Source: an uncultured virus (IMG/VR IMGVR_UViG_3300044675_006217)
Lineage: Duplodnaviria > Heunggongvirae > Uroviricota > Caudoviricetes
Virus record (IMG/VR): IMGVR_UViG_3300044675_006217
Direction: 5' to 3' (one strand)
DNA length: 64,000 nt
Shown: positions 28,999 through 39,691 of the stretch, piece by piece
How the letters are laid out: each line of letters opens with the position of its first letter
Numbering within the stretch: position 1 is the first letter of the stretch
Position numbers and translations under genes: made by a program
The notes under the pieces: generated by a model
Databases searched by the model: none
Told to the model about the DNA's origin: nothing
What the model saw: only the letters and a program-made list of their open reading frames with translations

Positions 28999-29946
28999 AT
29001 GGAAAAAATATTAACAGAAAATCCTGGTCGGTTCGTCATCTTCCCAATTGAACACAATGATATATGGGAATTTTACAAACAACACCAAGCTGCATTTTGG
29101 ACAGCAGAAGAAGTCGATTTAACAAATGACATCAGAGATTGGGAAAATTTGACAGAAAATGAAAAATTCTTCATTAAGAATGTACTGTCATTTTTTGCGG
29201 CGTCAGATGGTATTGTGAATGAAAACTTGGCTGAAAACTTTTATCGTGAAGTTCAATATCCTGAAGCTAAATTTTTCTACGGGTTTCAATTGGCTATGGA
29301 AAACATTCACTCATTAATGTATTCATTATTGATTGATACGTATATCTCAAACGCTAAAGAAAAGGACGAATGTTTCAATGCGATTGATAGATTACCGGCT
29401 GTTCAAAAGAAAGCTAAATGGGCATTAGAATGGATTGAAAAGGCGTCATTTGCCGAAAGGTTAGTTGCGTTTGCTGCCGTTGAAGGTATTTTCTTTTCAG
29501 GTTCTTTTTGTTCTATTTTTTGGATGAAATCAAGAGGTATTATGCAAGGATTATGTAATGCTAATTCACTTATCTTTAAAGATGAAAATTTACATTGTGA
29601 TTTTGCAATTCACTTATTAAATAACCACTTAGAAGAAAGACCATCAGAAAAAAGAATCAAAGAAATTCTACTTTCAGCATTAGAAATTGAAAAAGAATTT
29701 ATCACTGAATCACTTCCAGTATCTTTAATCGGTATGAACTCTAATCTAATGAAACAATACTTAGAGTTTGTTGTTGATGGTTTATTGGTTAAGATGGGTT
29801 GTAGTAAAGAATTTAATGTTGAACAACCATTTAAATTCATGGAACAAATTGCGGTTGAAACAAAAGGTAATTTCTTTGAATCAAGAACAATGGAATACCA
29901 AAAAGCAAAGTTAAACGAAACTATAACATTCACAGAAGATTTTTAA
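28999..29946 (+). CDS. nrdB: Ribonucleotide reductase class Ia beta subunit
   Basis: [31 protein letters not shown] (radical Tyr), [19 protein letters not shown]...EY. Confidence 0.95.
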   Translation: MEKILTENPGRFVIFPIEHNDIWEFYKQHQAAFWTAEEVDLTNDIRDWENLTENEKFFIKNVLSFFAASDGIVNENLAENFYREVQYPEAKFFYGFQLAMENIHSLMYSLLIDTYISNAKEKDECFNAIDRLPAVQKKAKWALEWIEKASFAERLVAFAAVEGIFFSGSFCSIFWMKSRGIMQGLCNANSLIFKDENLHCDFAIHLLNNHLEERPSEKRIKEILLSALEIEKEFITESLPVSLIGMNSNLMKQYLEFVVDGLLVKMGCSKEFNVEQPFKFMEQIAVETKGNFFESRTMEYQKAKLNETITFTEDF

Positions 29947-29956
29947 ATTTATTAAT

Positions 29957-32380
29957 ATGTCATTAAAAATAACAAAAAGAAATGGAGAGAACGTGGCGTT
30001 CAATCCACAAAAAATTTATAACAGAGTAAAACGTTCAGCAAAAGGTTTGAACGTAAACTCAGATGAAATTTTTATTAAAGTAATCACATCGGTTCCGACT
30101 GAGGGGGAAGTAACAACTAAAGAACTTGATAAGTTAATTTATGAGATTGCGGCAGCCTATACAGGAAGTCATCACGACTATTCAAGAATGGCTTCGTCGG
30201 TTGCAATATCTTCATATCATAAAGAAACTGATGAAAGTTTTTCAAAGACTATGAGATTACTTTACGAGGATGGAGTTGTTAATGAAGAATTAATTAAACG
30301 AATTGAATATTACGGTGAAGATACTGTCGACGTTGCAATTAAACATGACAACGATTATAACTTTGATTATTTTGCTTGGAGGTCATTACAAGAAATGTAT
30401 TTGTTAAAAAGACCAAATGGTAAAGTTGTTGAACGACCACAACATATGTATATGAGAGTTGCGATATGGGTTACTAATACATTAGAAGATGCGTTAGAGT
30501 ATTATAACTCTTTATCGACTCAACTTATTTCACCAGCAACACCAATTATGATTAACTCTGGCACCAAAACACCACAACTTGCGTCTTGTGTTTTACACTA
30601 CAACGATTCAGACTCAAGAGAAGGATTGTTAAATACAATGAATGATATTTCAACTTATTCATCGGATGCTGCCGGGATTGGACTTTCAATGTCTAACATA
30701 AGAAGTAAAGAAAGTAGAATTTCAAGTTCAGGTGGTTACGCAGGGGGATTGTTAAAATATTTAAAAATCGTTAATGAGTCTTTAAGATTTTTTAATCAAC
30801 AAGGTAGAAGACCGGGTAGTGCGGCAATATATCTTGAACCTTGGCACAAAGACATATTTGATTTATTAGATATTAAAAAGAACACAGGAGCCGAAGAACT
30901 AAGAGCTCGTGATTTATTTACAGCACTTTGGATTCCTGACAACTTTATGAATGCGGTTAAGAACAACGCCGATTGGTATTTATTCTGTCCTAATGATATT
31001 AAAAAGGCAGGACTAAAGGCATTACAAGAATGTTTTGGAGATGAATACGAAGAAGTGTATAACACGGCAGTTAGTATGGGTCTTGGTAAAAAAGTTAAAG
31101 CACAAGACATTTGGACTAAAATTATTGAGTCTCAAGTAGAAACGGGAGTTCCTTATTTATGTTCTAAAGATAGTGCAAACAAAAAAACTAACCACCAAAA
31201 TATTGGAGTAATTAAACAGTCTAACCTATGTAATGAGATTTACCAATATACAGATGAAAAGACCACAGCAATTTGTACTTTGTCTTCAATAGTGTTAAAA
31301 AATTATATCAAAGACGGACAGTTTGATTATTCTTTATTAATAAGTGAAGTTAGAAAAGTTGTTAGAGCATTAAATAATGTTATTGATAAAAATAACTATT
31401 CTACTGAAAAAGGTCATAGAGGTGGTTTAGAACAAAGAGCAATTGCAATTGGAACACAAGGATTGGCTGATGTATTTTATTTAATGGATTACATATTTAC
31501 CTCACCTGAGGCTAAAAAATTAAATAAAAACATTTTTGAAACAATCTATTACGCGGCTATTCTTGAAAGTAATGACTTGTGTAAAAAAGGTTTGAGAACC
31601 CCATATGAGTTTTTCAAAGGTTCACCTATGTCACAAGGGATTTTTCAATTTGATATGTGGGGACTCTCTGAAGAAGATTTGTTTATGGATTGGAAAACCT
31701 TGAAAGAAGACGTGATGACTTATGGGGTGTGTAATTCATTATTCACCGCTCAAATGCCTGTAGCATCTTCCGCCAAAATTACAGGTTCATTCGAAATGAC
31801 AGAACCCGCACATTCGGCTTTATTTAATAGACGTGTTGTTGGAGGTGAAATTATGATTGTAAACAAATACCTAATCAACGACTTTGAAAAAATTGGAATT
31901 TGGTCCGAGGATTTAAAAAATGAAATTATTATGAATGAAGGTTCAATTCAAAATATTAATTTCAACAATTACTTAGATACTGAAGAAAAAGGTTATAATA
32001 GAAAGGTTAAAAGAATTGAACATTTGATTCCAAAATACAAAACAATTTGGGAAATTTCACAAAGAGAATTGATTGACATGGCTGCCGAAAGAGCTCCGTT
32101 TATTGACCAATCACAATCTATGAATATTTACATGTCTAACCCAACACTTTCTAAAATAACATCTTCACATTTTTATGGATGGGAAAAAGGTCTAAAGACT
32201 CTTTGTTATTATGTAAGAACAAAGGCCATTTCAACAGGAGCAAAACACTTGGCTTTAGATGTTACAAAAAAGGAAAAACCAAAAGTTTCACCGGTTGAAC
32301 CAAAAGTAGATTATTCATATATGAATCTTCCACCAAAACCAACTAATTCAGACTTTGATTGTTTTGGTTGTTCTTCTTAA
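29957..32380 (+). CDS. nrdA: Ribonucleotide reductase class Ia alpha subunit with ATP cone
   Basis: ITKRNG ATP cone, ERPQH, QLASC, SNLCNEI, KGLKTLCYY, C-terminal CFGC. Confidence 0.95.
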   Translation: MSLKITKRNGENVAFNPQKIYNRVKRSAKGLNVNSDEIFIKVITSVPTEGEVTTKELDKLIYEIAAAYTGSHHDYSRMASSVAISSYHKETDESFSKTMRLLYEDGVVNEELIKRIEYYGEDTVDVAIKHDNDYNFDYFAWRSLQEMYLLKRPNGKVVERPQHMYMRVAIWVTNTLEDALEYYNSLSTQLISPATPIMINSGTKTPQLASCVLHYNDSDSREGLLNTMNDISTYSSDAAGIGLSMSNIRSKESRISSSGGYAGGLLKYLKIVNESLRFFNQQGRRPGSAAIYLEPWHKDIFDLLDIKKNTGAEELRARDLFTALWIPDNFMNAVKNNADWYLFCPNDIKKAGLKALQECFGDEYEEVYNTAVSMGLGKKVKAQDIWTKIIESQVETGVPYLCSKDSANKKTNHQNIGVIKQSNLCNEIYQYTDEKTTAICTLSSIVLKNYIKDGQFDYSLLISEVRKVVRALNNVIDKNNYSTEKGHRGGLEQRAIAIGTQGLADVFYLMDYIFTSPEAKKLNKNIFETIYYAAILESNDLCKKGLRTPYEFFKGSPMSQGIFQFDMWGLSEEDLFMDWKTLKEDVMTYGVCNSLFTAQMPVASSAKITGSFEMTEPAHSALFNRRVVGGEIMIVNKYLINDFEKIGIWSEDLKNEIIMNEGSIQNINFNNYLDTEEKGYNRKVKRIEHLIPKYKTIWEISQRELIDMAAERAPFIDQSQSMNIYMSNPTLSKITSSHFYGWEKGLKTLCYYVRTKAISTGAKHLALDVTKKEKPKVSPVEPKVDYSYMNLPPKPTNSDFDCFGCSS

Positions 32381-32385
32381 AAATT

Positions 32386-32414
32386 AATCCGAGTTATACT
32401 CGGATTTTTTATTT
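32386..32414 (+). terminator. Intrinsic terminator after nrdA
   Basis: AATCCGAGT-tat-ACTCGGATT followed by TTTTATTT. Confidence 0.75.
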
Positions 32415-32457
32415 ATATCTATTTAACTAAAAATGTTGGATATTATATTTATGTAAT

Positions 32458-32922
32458 ATGGCAGATGGAAGAACTTATGGTGTTAATTTTCCCTTTAGGG
32501 ATAGTCCAAAATCTTATTATTTTGATTTAACCGAAAATGCTGGTGATGAGATACGGGCAGACCTTTTACATTTGATATTAACCGCAAGAGGTAGTAGATA
32601 TTATAATCCTGATTTTGGAACACGTATATATGAATTTATTTTTGACCCTTTGGATGGTGAAACGTTTGACGGAATCAAATCTGAAATACAACAACAGGTT
32701 GACAAGTACATACCAAATTTAACTATAAATGAAATTAAAGTGGTTCCATATTTACAATCAGATGAGGCTCCAGGTGACATTAACCAAGAGTTATTAGGAA
32801 CAAGTGATATATATAGAATACCTGGTAGAGCAACTCAAGAATACACAGCTAAACTTACAATAGATTATACGGACGACAACAACTCGTTTGGTTCAAGAGA
32901 ATTTATAATAATTAACATATAA
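32458..32922 (+). CDS. Baseplate wedge protein (gp25-like)
   Basis: IRADLLHLILTARGSRYYNPDFGTRIYEFIFDP. Confidence 0.9.
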   Translation: MADGRTYGVNFPFRDSPKSYYFDLTENAGDEIRADLLHLILTARGSRYYNPDFGTRIYEFIFDPLDGETFDGIKSEIQQQVDKYIPNLTINEIKVVPYLQSDEAPGDINQELLGTSDIYRIPGRATQEYTAKLTIDYTDDNNSFGSREFIIINI

Positions 32923-32924
32923 TT

Positions 32925-34763
32925 ATGGCAACTCAAAAAATTAATTATACAAGTAGGGATTTTGAAAGTCTAAGAAAGGACTTAATCAACTATACCCAAC
33001 AGTATTATCCTGAAATAATTCAAAATTTTAATGACGCTTCAATCTTTTCAGTTTTGATGGATTTAAATGCTGCGATTGGAGATAATTTACATTTTCATAT
33101 CGATAGAAGTATTCAAGAAACTGTCTTACAATATGCACAACAAAGGTCTTCTATTTTTAATATTGCAAGAACCTATGGTTTGAAAATACCGGGATTTAGA
33201 CCTTCAGTTGCTCTTGTGGAAATATCAATACAAGTTCCGGCATTTGGTGACAATGAAGATTCAAGATACTTAGGTATTTTAAGAGCGGGGGCTCAGTTTA
33301 ATGGTGGAGGGCAAACATTTGAAACAGTCTATGATGTTGATTTTTCTACACAATATAACAACGAAGGGGTAAATAATAGAACCAAAACCCCTGTTTTTGA
33401 CAACAATAATAAAATAACAAGTTATATAATAACTAAAAGAGAAGTTGTTGTTAATGGTGTTACTAAAATATATAAACAAGTTGTAAATGCTGCAGACGTA
33501 GTTCCTTTCTATAGTTTCTTTTTACCTGAAAAGAATGTTTTGTCTGTTACAACAATCATACAAAAAGACGGAACACAATACCAATCAACCCCAACAAATG
33601 CTGAATTTATAACATCACAGAACAAATGGTATGAAGTTGACGCATTGGCGGAAGACACAGTTTTTATTGAGGACCCCACAAAACCAATAGACAATGCTGG
33701 CGTTAAAGTTGGTCAATATATAAAAACTGACAACAGATTTATAACAGAATACACACCCGAAAGTTATATGAAGGTACAATTTGGGGCAGCAACGACAACA
33801 CCAAATCAACAACTTCAACAATTTGCAAATCTTGGAACCCCATTAAAAATACAAAATTATCAAAATAATATCGGATTGGGACTTACAGTAACACCTAACA
33901 CAACACTATTTGTTCAGTACCGAGTAGGTGGAGGAACTGCATCAAATGTTGGTGTTGGTTCAATCAACCAAGTTGGATTAGTTAATTTAGCGGTAAACGG
34001 ACCATCATCACAAATCAATCAAAGTGTTGTACAATCATTAAAAATTAATAATGTAACAAGTGCGGTTGGAGGAGCAAACCAACCAACAATTGAAGAGGCA
34101 AGAAACATGGTTAGTTTTAACTTTGCGGCACAAAAAAGAGCGGTGACAGTTAATGACTATAAATCTTTAATCGATACAATGCCAGGTAAATTTGGGGCAC
34201 CTGCCAAAGTCGCGATTACAGAAAATAATAACAAAGTTACTGTACAAATTTTATCATATGATTCAGACGGGAATCTAACACAAACAGTTCCAAACGCAAT
34301 TAAAACAAACTTGGCAACCTATTTGTCTAAGTATAGAATGATAAATGACTACATATCAATTGATGTCGCAAAGGTAATAGATTTAGAGTTTGAAATATCT
34401 GTTGTAATCGAAAATAATACCGCTCAAAGTCAAATAATTACTCAAATTATTGACCAAGTATCAACTTACATGAATCCGCAAAACAGAGATTTAGGTCAAA
34501 ATGTAAACGTTTCTGATATTAGAAGATTAATACAAGACGTTGCAGGTGTTAATACATTAACAGATTTGAAAATATATAACAGAACAGGGGGTCAATATTC
34601 GTCATCTGAAACATCTCAAAGGTACGCCGATGCGGAAACCAAAGAAATTTTATTAATTGACGACACCTTATTTGCCGAACCAGACCAAATATATCAAATC
34701 AGATTTGATTCTAGAGATATTAATGTAAGGGTAAAACAACTAAGAACCGTAGACTTCTACTAA
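32925..34763 (+). CDS. Baseplate wedge protein (gp6 / baseplate J-like)
   Basis: NYTSRDFESLR, AQQRSSIFNIARTYG, YRVGGG..SNV, AQKRAVTVNDY. Confidence 0.9.
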   Translation: MATQKINYTSRDFESLRKDLINYTQQYYPEIIQNFNDASIFSVLMDLNAAIGDNLHFHIDRSIQETVLQYAQQRSSIFNIARTYGLKIPGFRPSVALVEISIQVPAFGDNEDSRYLGILRAGAQFNGGGQTFETVYDVDFSTQYNNEGVNNRTKTPVFDNNNKITSYIITKREVVVNGVTKIYKQVVNAADVVPFYSFFLPEKNVLSVTTIIQKDGTQYQSTPTNAEFITSQNKWYEVDALAEDTVFIEDPTKPIDNAGVKVGQYIKTDNRFITEYTPESYMKVQFGAATTTPNQQLQQFANLGTPLKIQNYQNNIGLGLTVTPNTTLFVQYRVGGGTASNVGVGSINQVGLVNLAVNGPSSQINQSVVQSLKINNVTSAVGGANQPTIEEARNMVSFNFAAQKRAVTVNDYKSLIDTMPGKFGAPAKVAITENNNKVTVQILSYDSDGNLTQTVPNAIKTNLATYLSKYRMINDYISIDVAKVIDLEFEISVVIENNTAQSQIITQIIDQVSTYMNPQNRDLGQNVNVSDIRRLIQDVAGVNTLTDLKIYNRTGGQYSSSETSQRYADAETKEILLIDDTLFAEPDQIYQIRFDSRDINVRVKQLRTVDFY

Positions 34764-34837
34764 ATCATTTATTTTATTTTTAAGGTTATTAGTTTTAAAT
34801 AAAAAACCTAAATTATCTATTTATTTTAAAACAGTAA

Positions 34838-37800
34838 ATGACCAAAACATATAGACTAAAGGCTCAACCAACAAAAGACCAAAATCTAAGAATTAACGTA
34901 ACACAGGATTTTGACTTTTTAGAGATACTATCTTTAAAGTTAAGACAAGAAGATGTATATACAAGATTTTGTGCCGACTACGGTGTTGTTGCAGGTAGAG
35001 TTGTTGTTAATGGTGGGTACGGTGTTCCAAACGCAAATGTATCTATTTTTGTTCCATTGGATGCTATTGACGAAAACGACCCAATTATATCCACATTATA
35101 CCCTTATAAAAGACCTGACCAAAAAAACGAAGATGGTTATAGATATAACTTATTACCATATGTTAAAGAGTATGGTGGTCATAGTCCGACTGGTACATTT
35201 CCTGATGTGGAGGATGTTTTAACAAGAAATGAAGTTTTAGAAGTTTATGAAAAGTATTATAAGTACACTGTAAAAACTAATGAAAGTGGTGACTTTATGA
35301 TTATTGGTGTACCGTTAGGTATTCAAACCGCAATACTAGATTTAGACTTATCAAACATCGGTTGTTTTTCACTTAGACCTTCAGACTTAATAAGATTAGG
35401 TCGGGGAACTACAGAACAATTTGATGGGGACCAATTTAAATCATCGACAGATTTAGACTCACTACCTCAAATAGTAAATCAAAAAAAAGATATAGACGTT
35501 GCATCTTTCTGGGGTGAAGAAAACATTTGTAATGTTGGAATAACAAGAGTTGATTTTGATTTAAGAGATTTAGGGATTGAAATTACACCTCAAGCCGTTT
35601 TTATGGGTTCATTGTTTTCAACAAGTGAAGAAGACTTTTTAAAATCAAATTGTAAACCTAAAAAAGACTCCGGTAATTTATGTGATTTAGTCACAGGGCA
35701 AGGAAGAATATTAGCAATTAGACAAACAATAAATTATGATGTAAACGGTAGACCGGCATTAGAACAATATTCACTACCCGAAGGAGGTAAAATAATTGAT
35801 GACAACGGTACTTGGTTAGTAAACGTCCCAATGAATTTGGACTACGTAACAACAAACGAGTTTGGTGAACAAGTACTATCAACAGACCCAAATGTCGGTA
35901 TACCAACAAAAGGAAAATATAGATTTAGAATCCAATATCAGAATGAAGATGGAATGGAATCAAGTGTATTAAGAGCAGATTATTTGGTTCCAAATGTTAA
36001 AGAATGGGGATGGACCACATCTAACATCAATGCGCCTACAGACGTAACCGCACAATTAAAATCATACGCATTTAGTTTAGATTGGGATGATTATGGGGAT
36101 GTGAATACGACAATAGGTCAACAAATGATTCAAGAGGCTGTAAACTGTAATGATAAGTTTTATCAATTTAATTTCAATAAAGTTTATACAGTTGCAAATT
36201 TTATAGATAGATGGAAGTGGGGATTCAATAGAAGTAGACATTTAGGTATAAAAGAAATTACAGATAGACGATGTACTACCACCACAAACAGATTTCCGGT
36301 TAATGATGGTGTAAGAAATTTTGACTTTTTGTTCTTTTTACTAAGTCTACTTTTAATACTACTTACACCTACGTTCATAACTTTAATAATCATTTTACAC
36401 TTTGTTGCATTTATATACCCAATATTAAGAATATTGATAAATCTTTTAATATGGGTAATAAATGTTGTTATATATGGTATTTGTTTAGCGATAAGTGCAA
36501 TCACATTTGGAGCAAGACCTAAAGGTGGTTGTAAAACCCAATCAATTAAACCATTAGGAAAAGAAAATATATTTAAAAGAATTTCTTTACCCATGTTGTC
36601 TTATCCTGATTGTGAGGCCTGCCCATGTACTGATGAAACACTTCCTGAAGATAGTAGTCAAAGTTCATTCGCTCAAAGTGCAAATGTTGCAATTTCATCA
36701 GAAAATAATAGTCCTTTAGCGAATACAAATTCCACAACTTCTTATAGTGTTTACAACTCATCGCAAGCATCTTCGGCAAATGACCCTGACGCTTTTAACA
36801 ATGGAGTTGTCCAAGCGATGGCGGGTTACCAATTCCAAAATCTTGGAAATGATAATGATAAGTTAGTTAAAACTCCAATTGCCGAATATCCGGCACAAGG
36901 GGGAATAAAAGTATTAGCGAATGACGTTACACTATCACAATCTTTGAATTTAGCAAATATTAGACAAAGATATTTTGAAGGTGATAATTTAATTCAAACA
37001 ACTGTTAGAAACAACATTCCAAATACAACAACATTAGATGCGTCACAACCGTTTACCGATAGTGTTATGATGTTATTTGTTGATAGTGGAACTTTCAACG
37101 GTTTACAACCTGGACAACTTTTAACATTCCAAGACATCAACTTAATAAATGACCCCAACTTAACGGGTATAACTAATTCCAATCAGTTTAATACTAATAG
37201 TATTACGGGAACTACACCATATAACGCAACAAGTTTAGTGACAGTTCCTGTTAATTACATTAATCAAGCAGGTTTACAACAAACTGTAAACTTGAAATTA
37301 AATATATCTGAAGATGGAAAAGATTACAAATATCCTGCGGGGGTTGAATATTTTCAAGTTATCACAGGAGGTACTGTATCACAGTTTTCAGGATTAACAA
37401 ACACAACGGGAGGATTACTTAACAAATATTTGTTTAAAAAGACACAAAGATTCTGTTATGGTACACCAGTACAACAATGTGACTACGTATTCCCAATCAA
37501 ATTTATTGATAATTTTGCAAACTATGAAATTATATTTTTAACAAGAGGTACGGACCCATACACCGACAAACAAAATATAAGATATGACCTATCGAAATTA
37601 TTTGGATTTAACTTAGGTTCGGGTCCTGTTATTGAAGGTAGTTATTATCTTAATGTACCAATACAACAAAACTCAGGAAGTGGAGCTTGGTTTAATGATT
37701 ATAAAACGCCTGAATCACATTTAGTTTCAAATAATACAAATGCGTCATTATATCACCCACCTTTTGGTTTTACTCCTGATAGTACATTGTTTAGTGCATT

Positions 37801-39691
37801 TACAAACAACTCACCTTACTTTTATAACTCAACAGATAAGTCACAACAAACATTTAAAGCTTATTCATCAGACGCTGTGACTTTATCATATTTTACTTCC
37901 ACACCTGGTGTATATTCAAATATACAACCAAGTGTTGGTAATAATAAATTGGCGTTCCAATGGACAAATGGTGTGTTAAGTGCTCAAGGTAATATTGAAG
38001 GTGGAACTTTAATTGCTTCAAACGCAACTCCGGGAACAAGTATAAACATTGCAACAACAACCACAAGAGTTTATTCACCAGCATACCACACTTCGGTAGT
38101 ATCGAACATTTCCATTTCAAACTCTTCTAACATTGTATTTAGGTCTGATAGACTACCTACATCAAGTGCGACAGAATTAAGTGGTAATAACTCGTTTAGT
38201 TTATTTTTAAACGACAACTTTGCGGTCTACACAGTAGACGAAGATGGTGGTACTTCATTGGCACCATCAACAAATGGTCCTAATGACACTACAAATAATG
38301 CTCAAGATATAACAGGAGACACTCCGAGTCAAATATCAAGTACAGTTTTGGCATCACTTTCCTGTGAAAACATGACAGTATTAAAATGTTACCAAGGCGG
38401 TGGGACATCTTTTTCAGTTCAAAATCCATGTAGTGAAAATCCGAATGGAAAAAGAATGTCAGGGGGATGTTACAAATTTGTTGATAGTCCATTACTTGTT
38501 TCAATACCAAAAGATGTTACATATTTCTTTGAATGGAAAACAAGATTTAGAATGGTGTTTGCTGCATGTAGAGGAATATTTTCACATGTGTTTCAAAACA
38601 ATTGGGTCAATGGTTCTTTATATATGTTCTCATTGAAAAAACAAACAATTTTTAACATTGCGGGACAACCAAAAAAATATAAGTTTTGTGGTAGTCCTGA
38701 TAGTACATTAAGACCATATCAAGGACCTATATTTTATACAAGAGGAACCACAAATTCATTGTTTTATAGAGGTGCTATTTATGACGGAAGTAAATTTATT
38801 GGACAAAAACCAAGAAAATTAAATATCACAAGTTCAACATTTGAAGACGCGAACTTCAAAGGGATGAATGTTAGAAATTTGTTTTTCCCGACCACCATTA
38901 TGGACTTAGGACCAAGAGATGAGTTTACAAAAGAAATATGTACTAACCCTAATTTTGAAGGGTACTTGATTGAAACAATCAAAAGTACTTCATACAATGA
39001 TACTTCTGAAATTTTACAGTTGTTTATTATTTCAAGACTTATTAACTCTAATTTTTGGGGTCAAGTTTTAGGTTTGGGTGATTCATCAATAAACAGAATG
39101 TTTTCAAGAAGTGAAGACAGAATAGATGGTGATGTAGCTCAAATGTTTTCAATAAACTCTGAGTATGGAATTGAAGAGTTTGATGAAGATAATTACACTG
39201 ATAATGAGTTGTATATTGGTACGGGAGACGCTTTAATGGGAATCTTCTTTAGTTCAAATACAATTAATAGATTAACACTAAGTCCGGGTATTCAAACATT
39301 CGCACCAAACCTTACAAATTATTTTGGTTACCCTAACACACAAGTAGTCCCAACATATCAGTGGTCATCTTCAACAACTTCAACTATTTTTGGTTCTGAC
39401 ACAAATGATTGGGTTACTGATGTTTTGGCTAATGGTAGTTTTTATTATCAAAAATACCAAAACTTTAGTTTTAACCCTCCAACTACACCATACTTTAACC
39501 CATCAACAACAGGAGGAAGAGGTTACATATTTAATCAAACACCACAAGGTTTATCAAATCCAAATTGGCCGGCAGGTACTCAACAATCATTTATTGTGGG
39601 AGGACCTAATCATTTTTATTTTGGATTAAACAAAGGTAAAAGTGCAATCAACAGATACATCAAAGCATATATATTGAACCAAGATGAGTAA
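34838..39691 (+). CDS. Large baseplate/tail-associated protein with a carboxypeptidase-regulatory-like N-terminal domain and a long hydrophobic segment
   Basis: 1617 aa; GVVAGRV...GVPNANVSIF...TNESGDFMIIGVPLG; about 60 hydrophobic residues at ~36326-36509. Confidence 0.5.
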   Translation: MTKTYRLKAQPTKDQNLRINVTQDFDFLEILSLKLRQEDVYTRFCADYGVVAGRVVVNGGYGVPNANVSIFVPLDAIDENDPIISTLYPYKRPDQKNEDGYRYNLLPYVKEYGGHSPTGTFPDVEDVLTRNEVLEVYEKYYKYTVKTNESGDFMIIGVPLGIQTAILDLDLSNIGCFSLRPSDLIRLGRGTTEQFDGDQFKSSTDLDSLPQIVNQKKDIDVASFWGEENICNVGITRVDFDLRDLGIEITPQAVFMGSLFSTSEEDFLKSNCKPKKDSGNLCDLVTGQGRILAIRQTINYDVNGRPALEQYSLPEGGKIIDDNGTWLVNVPMNLDYVTTNEFGEQVLSTDPNVGIPTKGKYRFRIQYQNEDGMESSVLRADYLVPNVKEWGWTTSNINAPTDVTAQLKSYAFSLDWDDYGDVNTTIGQQMIQEAVNCNDKFYQFNFNKVYTVANFIDRWKWGFNRSRHLGIKEITDRRCTTTTNRFPVNDGVRNFDFLFFLLSLLLILLTPTFITLIIILHFVAFIYPILRILINLLIWVINVVIYGICLAISAITFGARPKGGCKTQSIKPLGKENIFKRISLPMLSYPDCEACPCTDETLPEDSSQSSFAQSANVAISSENNSPLANTNSTTSYSVYNSSQASSANDPDAFNNGVVQAMAGYQFQNLGNDNDKLVKTPIAEYPAQGGIKVLANDVTLSQSLNLANIRQRYFEGDNLIQTTVRNNIPNTTTLDASQPFTDSVMMLFVDSGTFNGLQPGQLLTFQDINLINDPNLTGITNSNQFNTNSITGTTPYNATSLVTVPVNYINQAGLQQTVNLKLNISEDGKDYKYPAGVEYFQVITGGTVSQFSGLTNTTGGLLNKYLFKKTQRFCYGTPVQQCDYVFPIKFIDNFANYEIIFLTRGTDPYTDKQNIRYDLSKLFGFNLGSGPVIEGSYYLNVPIQQNSGSGAWFNDYKTPESHLVSNNTNASLYHPPFGFTPDSTLFSAFTNNSPYFYNSTDKSQQTFKAYSSDAVTLSYFTSTPGVYSNIQPSVGNNKLAFQWTNGVLSAQGNIEGGTLIASNATPGTSINIATTTTRVYSPAYHTSVVSNISISNSSNIVFRSDRLPTSSATELSGNNSFSLFLNDNFAVYTVDEDGGTSLAPSTNGPNDTTNNAQDITGDTPSQISSTVLASLSCENMTVLKCYQGGGTSFSVQNPCSENPNGKRMSGGCYKFVDSPLLVSIPKDVTYFFEWKTRFRMVFAACRGIFSHVFQNNWVNGSLYMFSLKKQTIFNIAGQPKKYKFCGSPDSTLRPYQGPIFYTRGTTNSLFYRGAIYDGSKFIGQKPRKLNITSSTFEDANFKGMNVRNLFFPTTIMDLGPRDEFTKEICTNPNFEGYLIETIKSTSYNDTSEILQLFIISRLINSNFWGQVLGLGDSSINRMFSRSEDRIDGDVAQMFSINSEYGIEEFDEDNYTDNELYIGTGDALMGIFFSSNTINRLTLSPGIQTFAPNLTNYFGYPNTQVVPTYQWSSSTTSTIFGSDTNDWVTDVLANGSFYYQKYQNFSFNPPTTPYFNPSTTGGRGYIFNQTPQGLSNPNWPAGTQQSFIVGGPNHFYFGLNKGKSAINRYIKAYILNQDE

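Noticed and set aside
25073..32380. Inteins or introns in RecA, helicase or RNR
   Set aside because: Lengths are ordinary, core motifs are contiguous, and no homing endonuclease ORF is seen.
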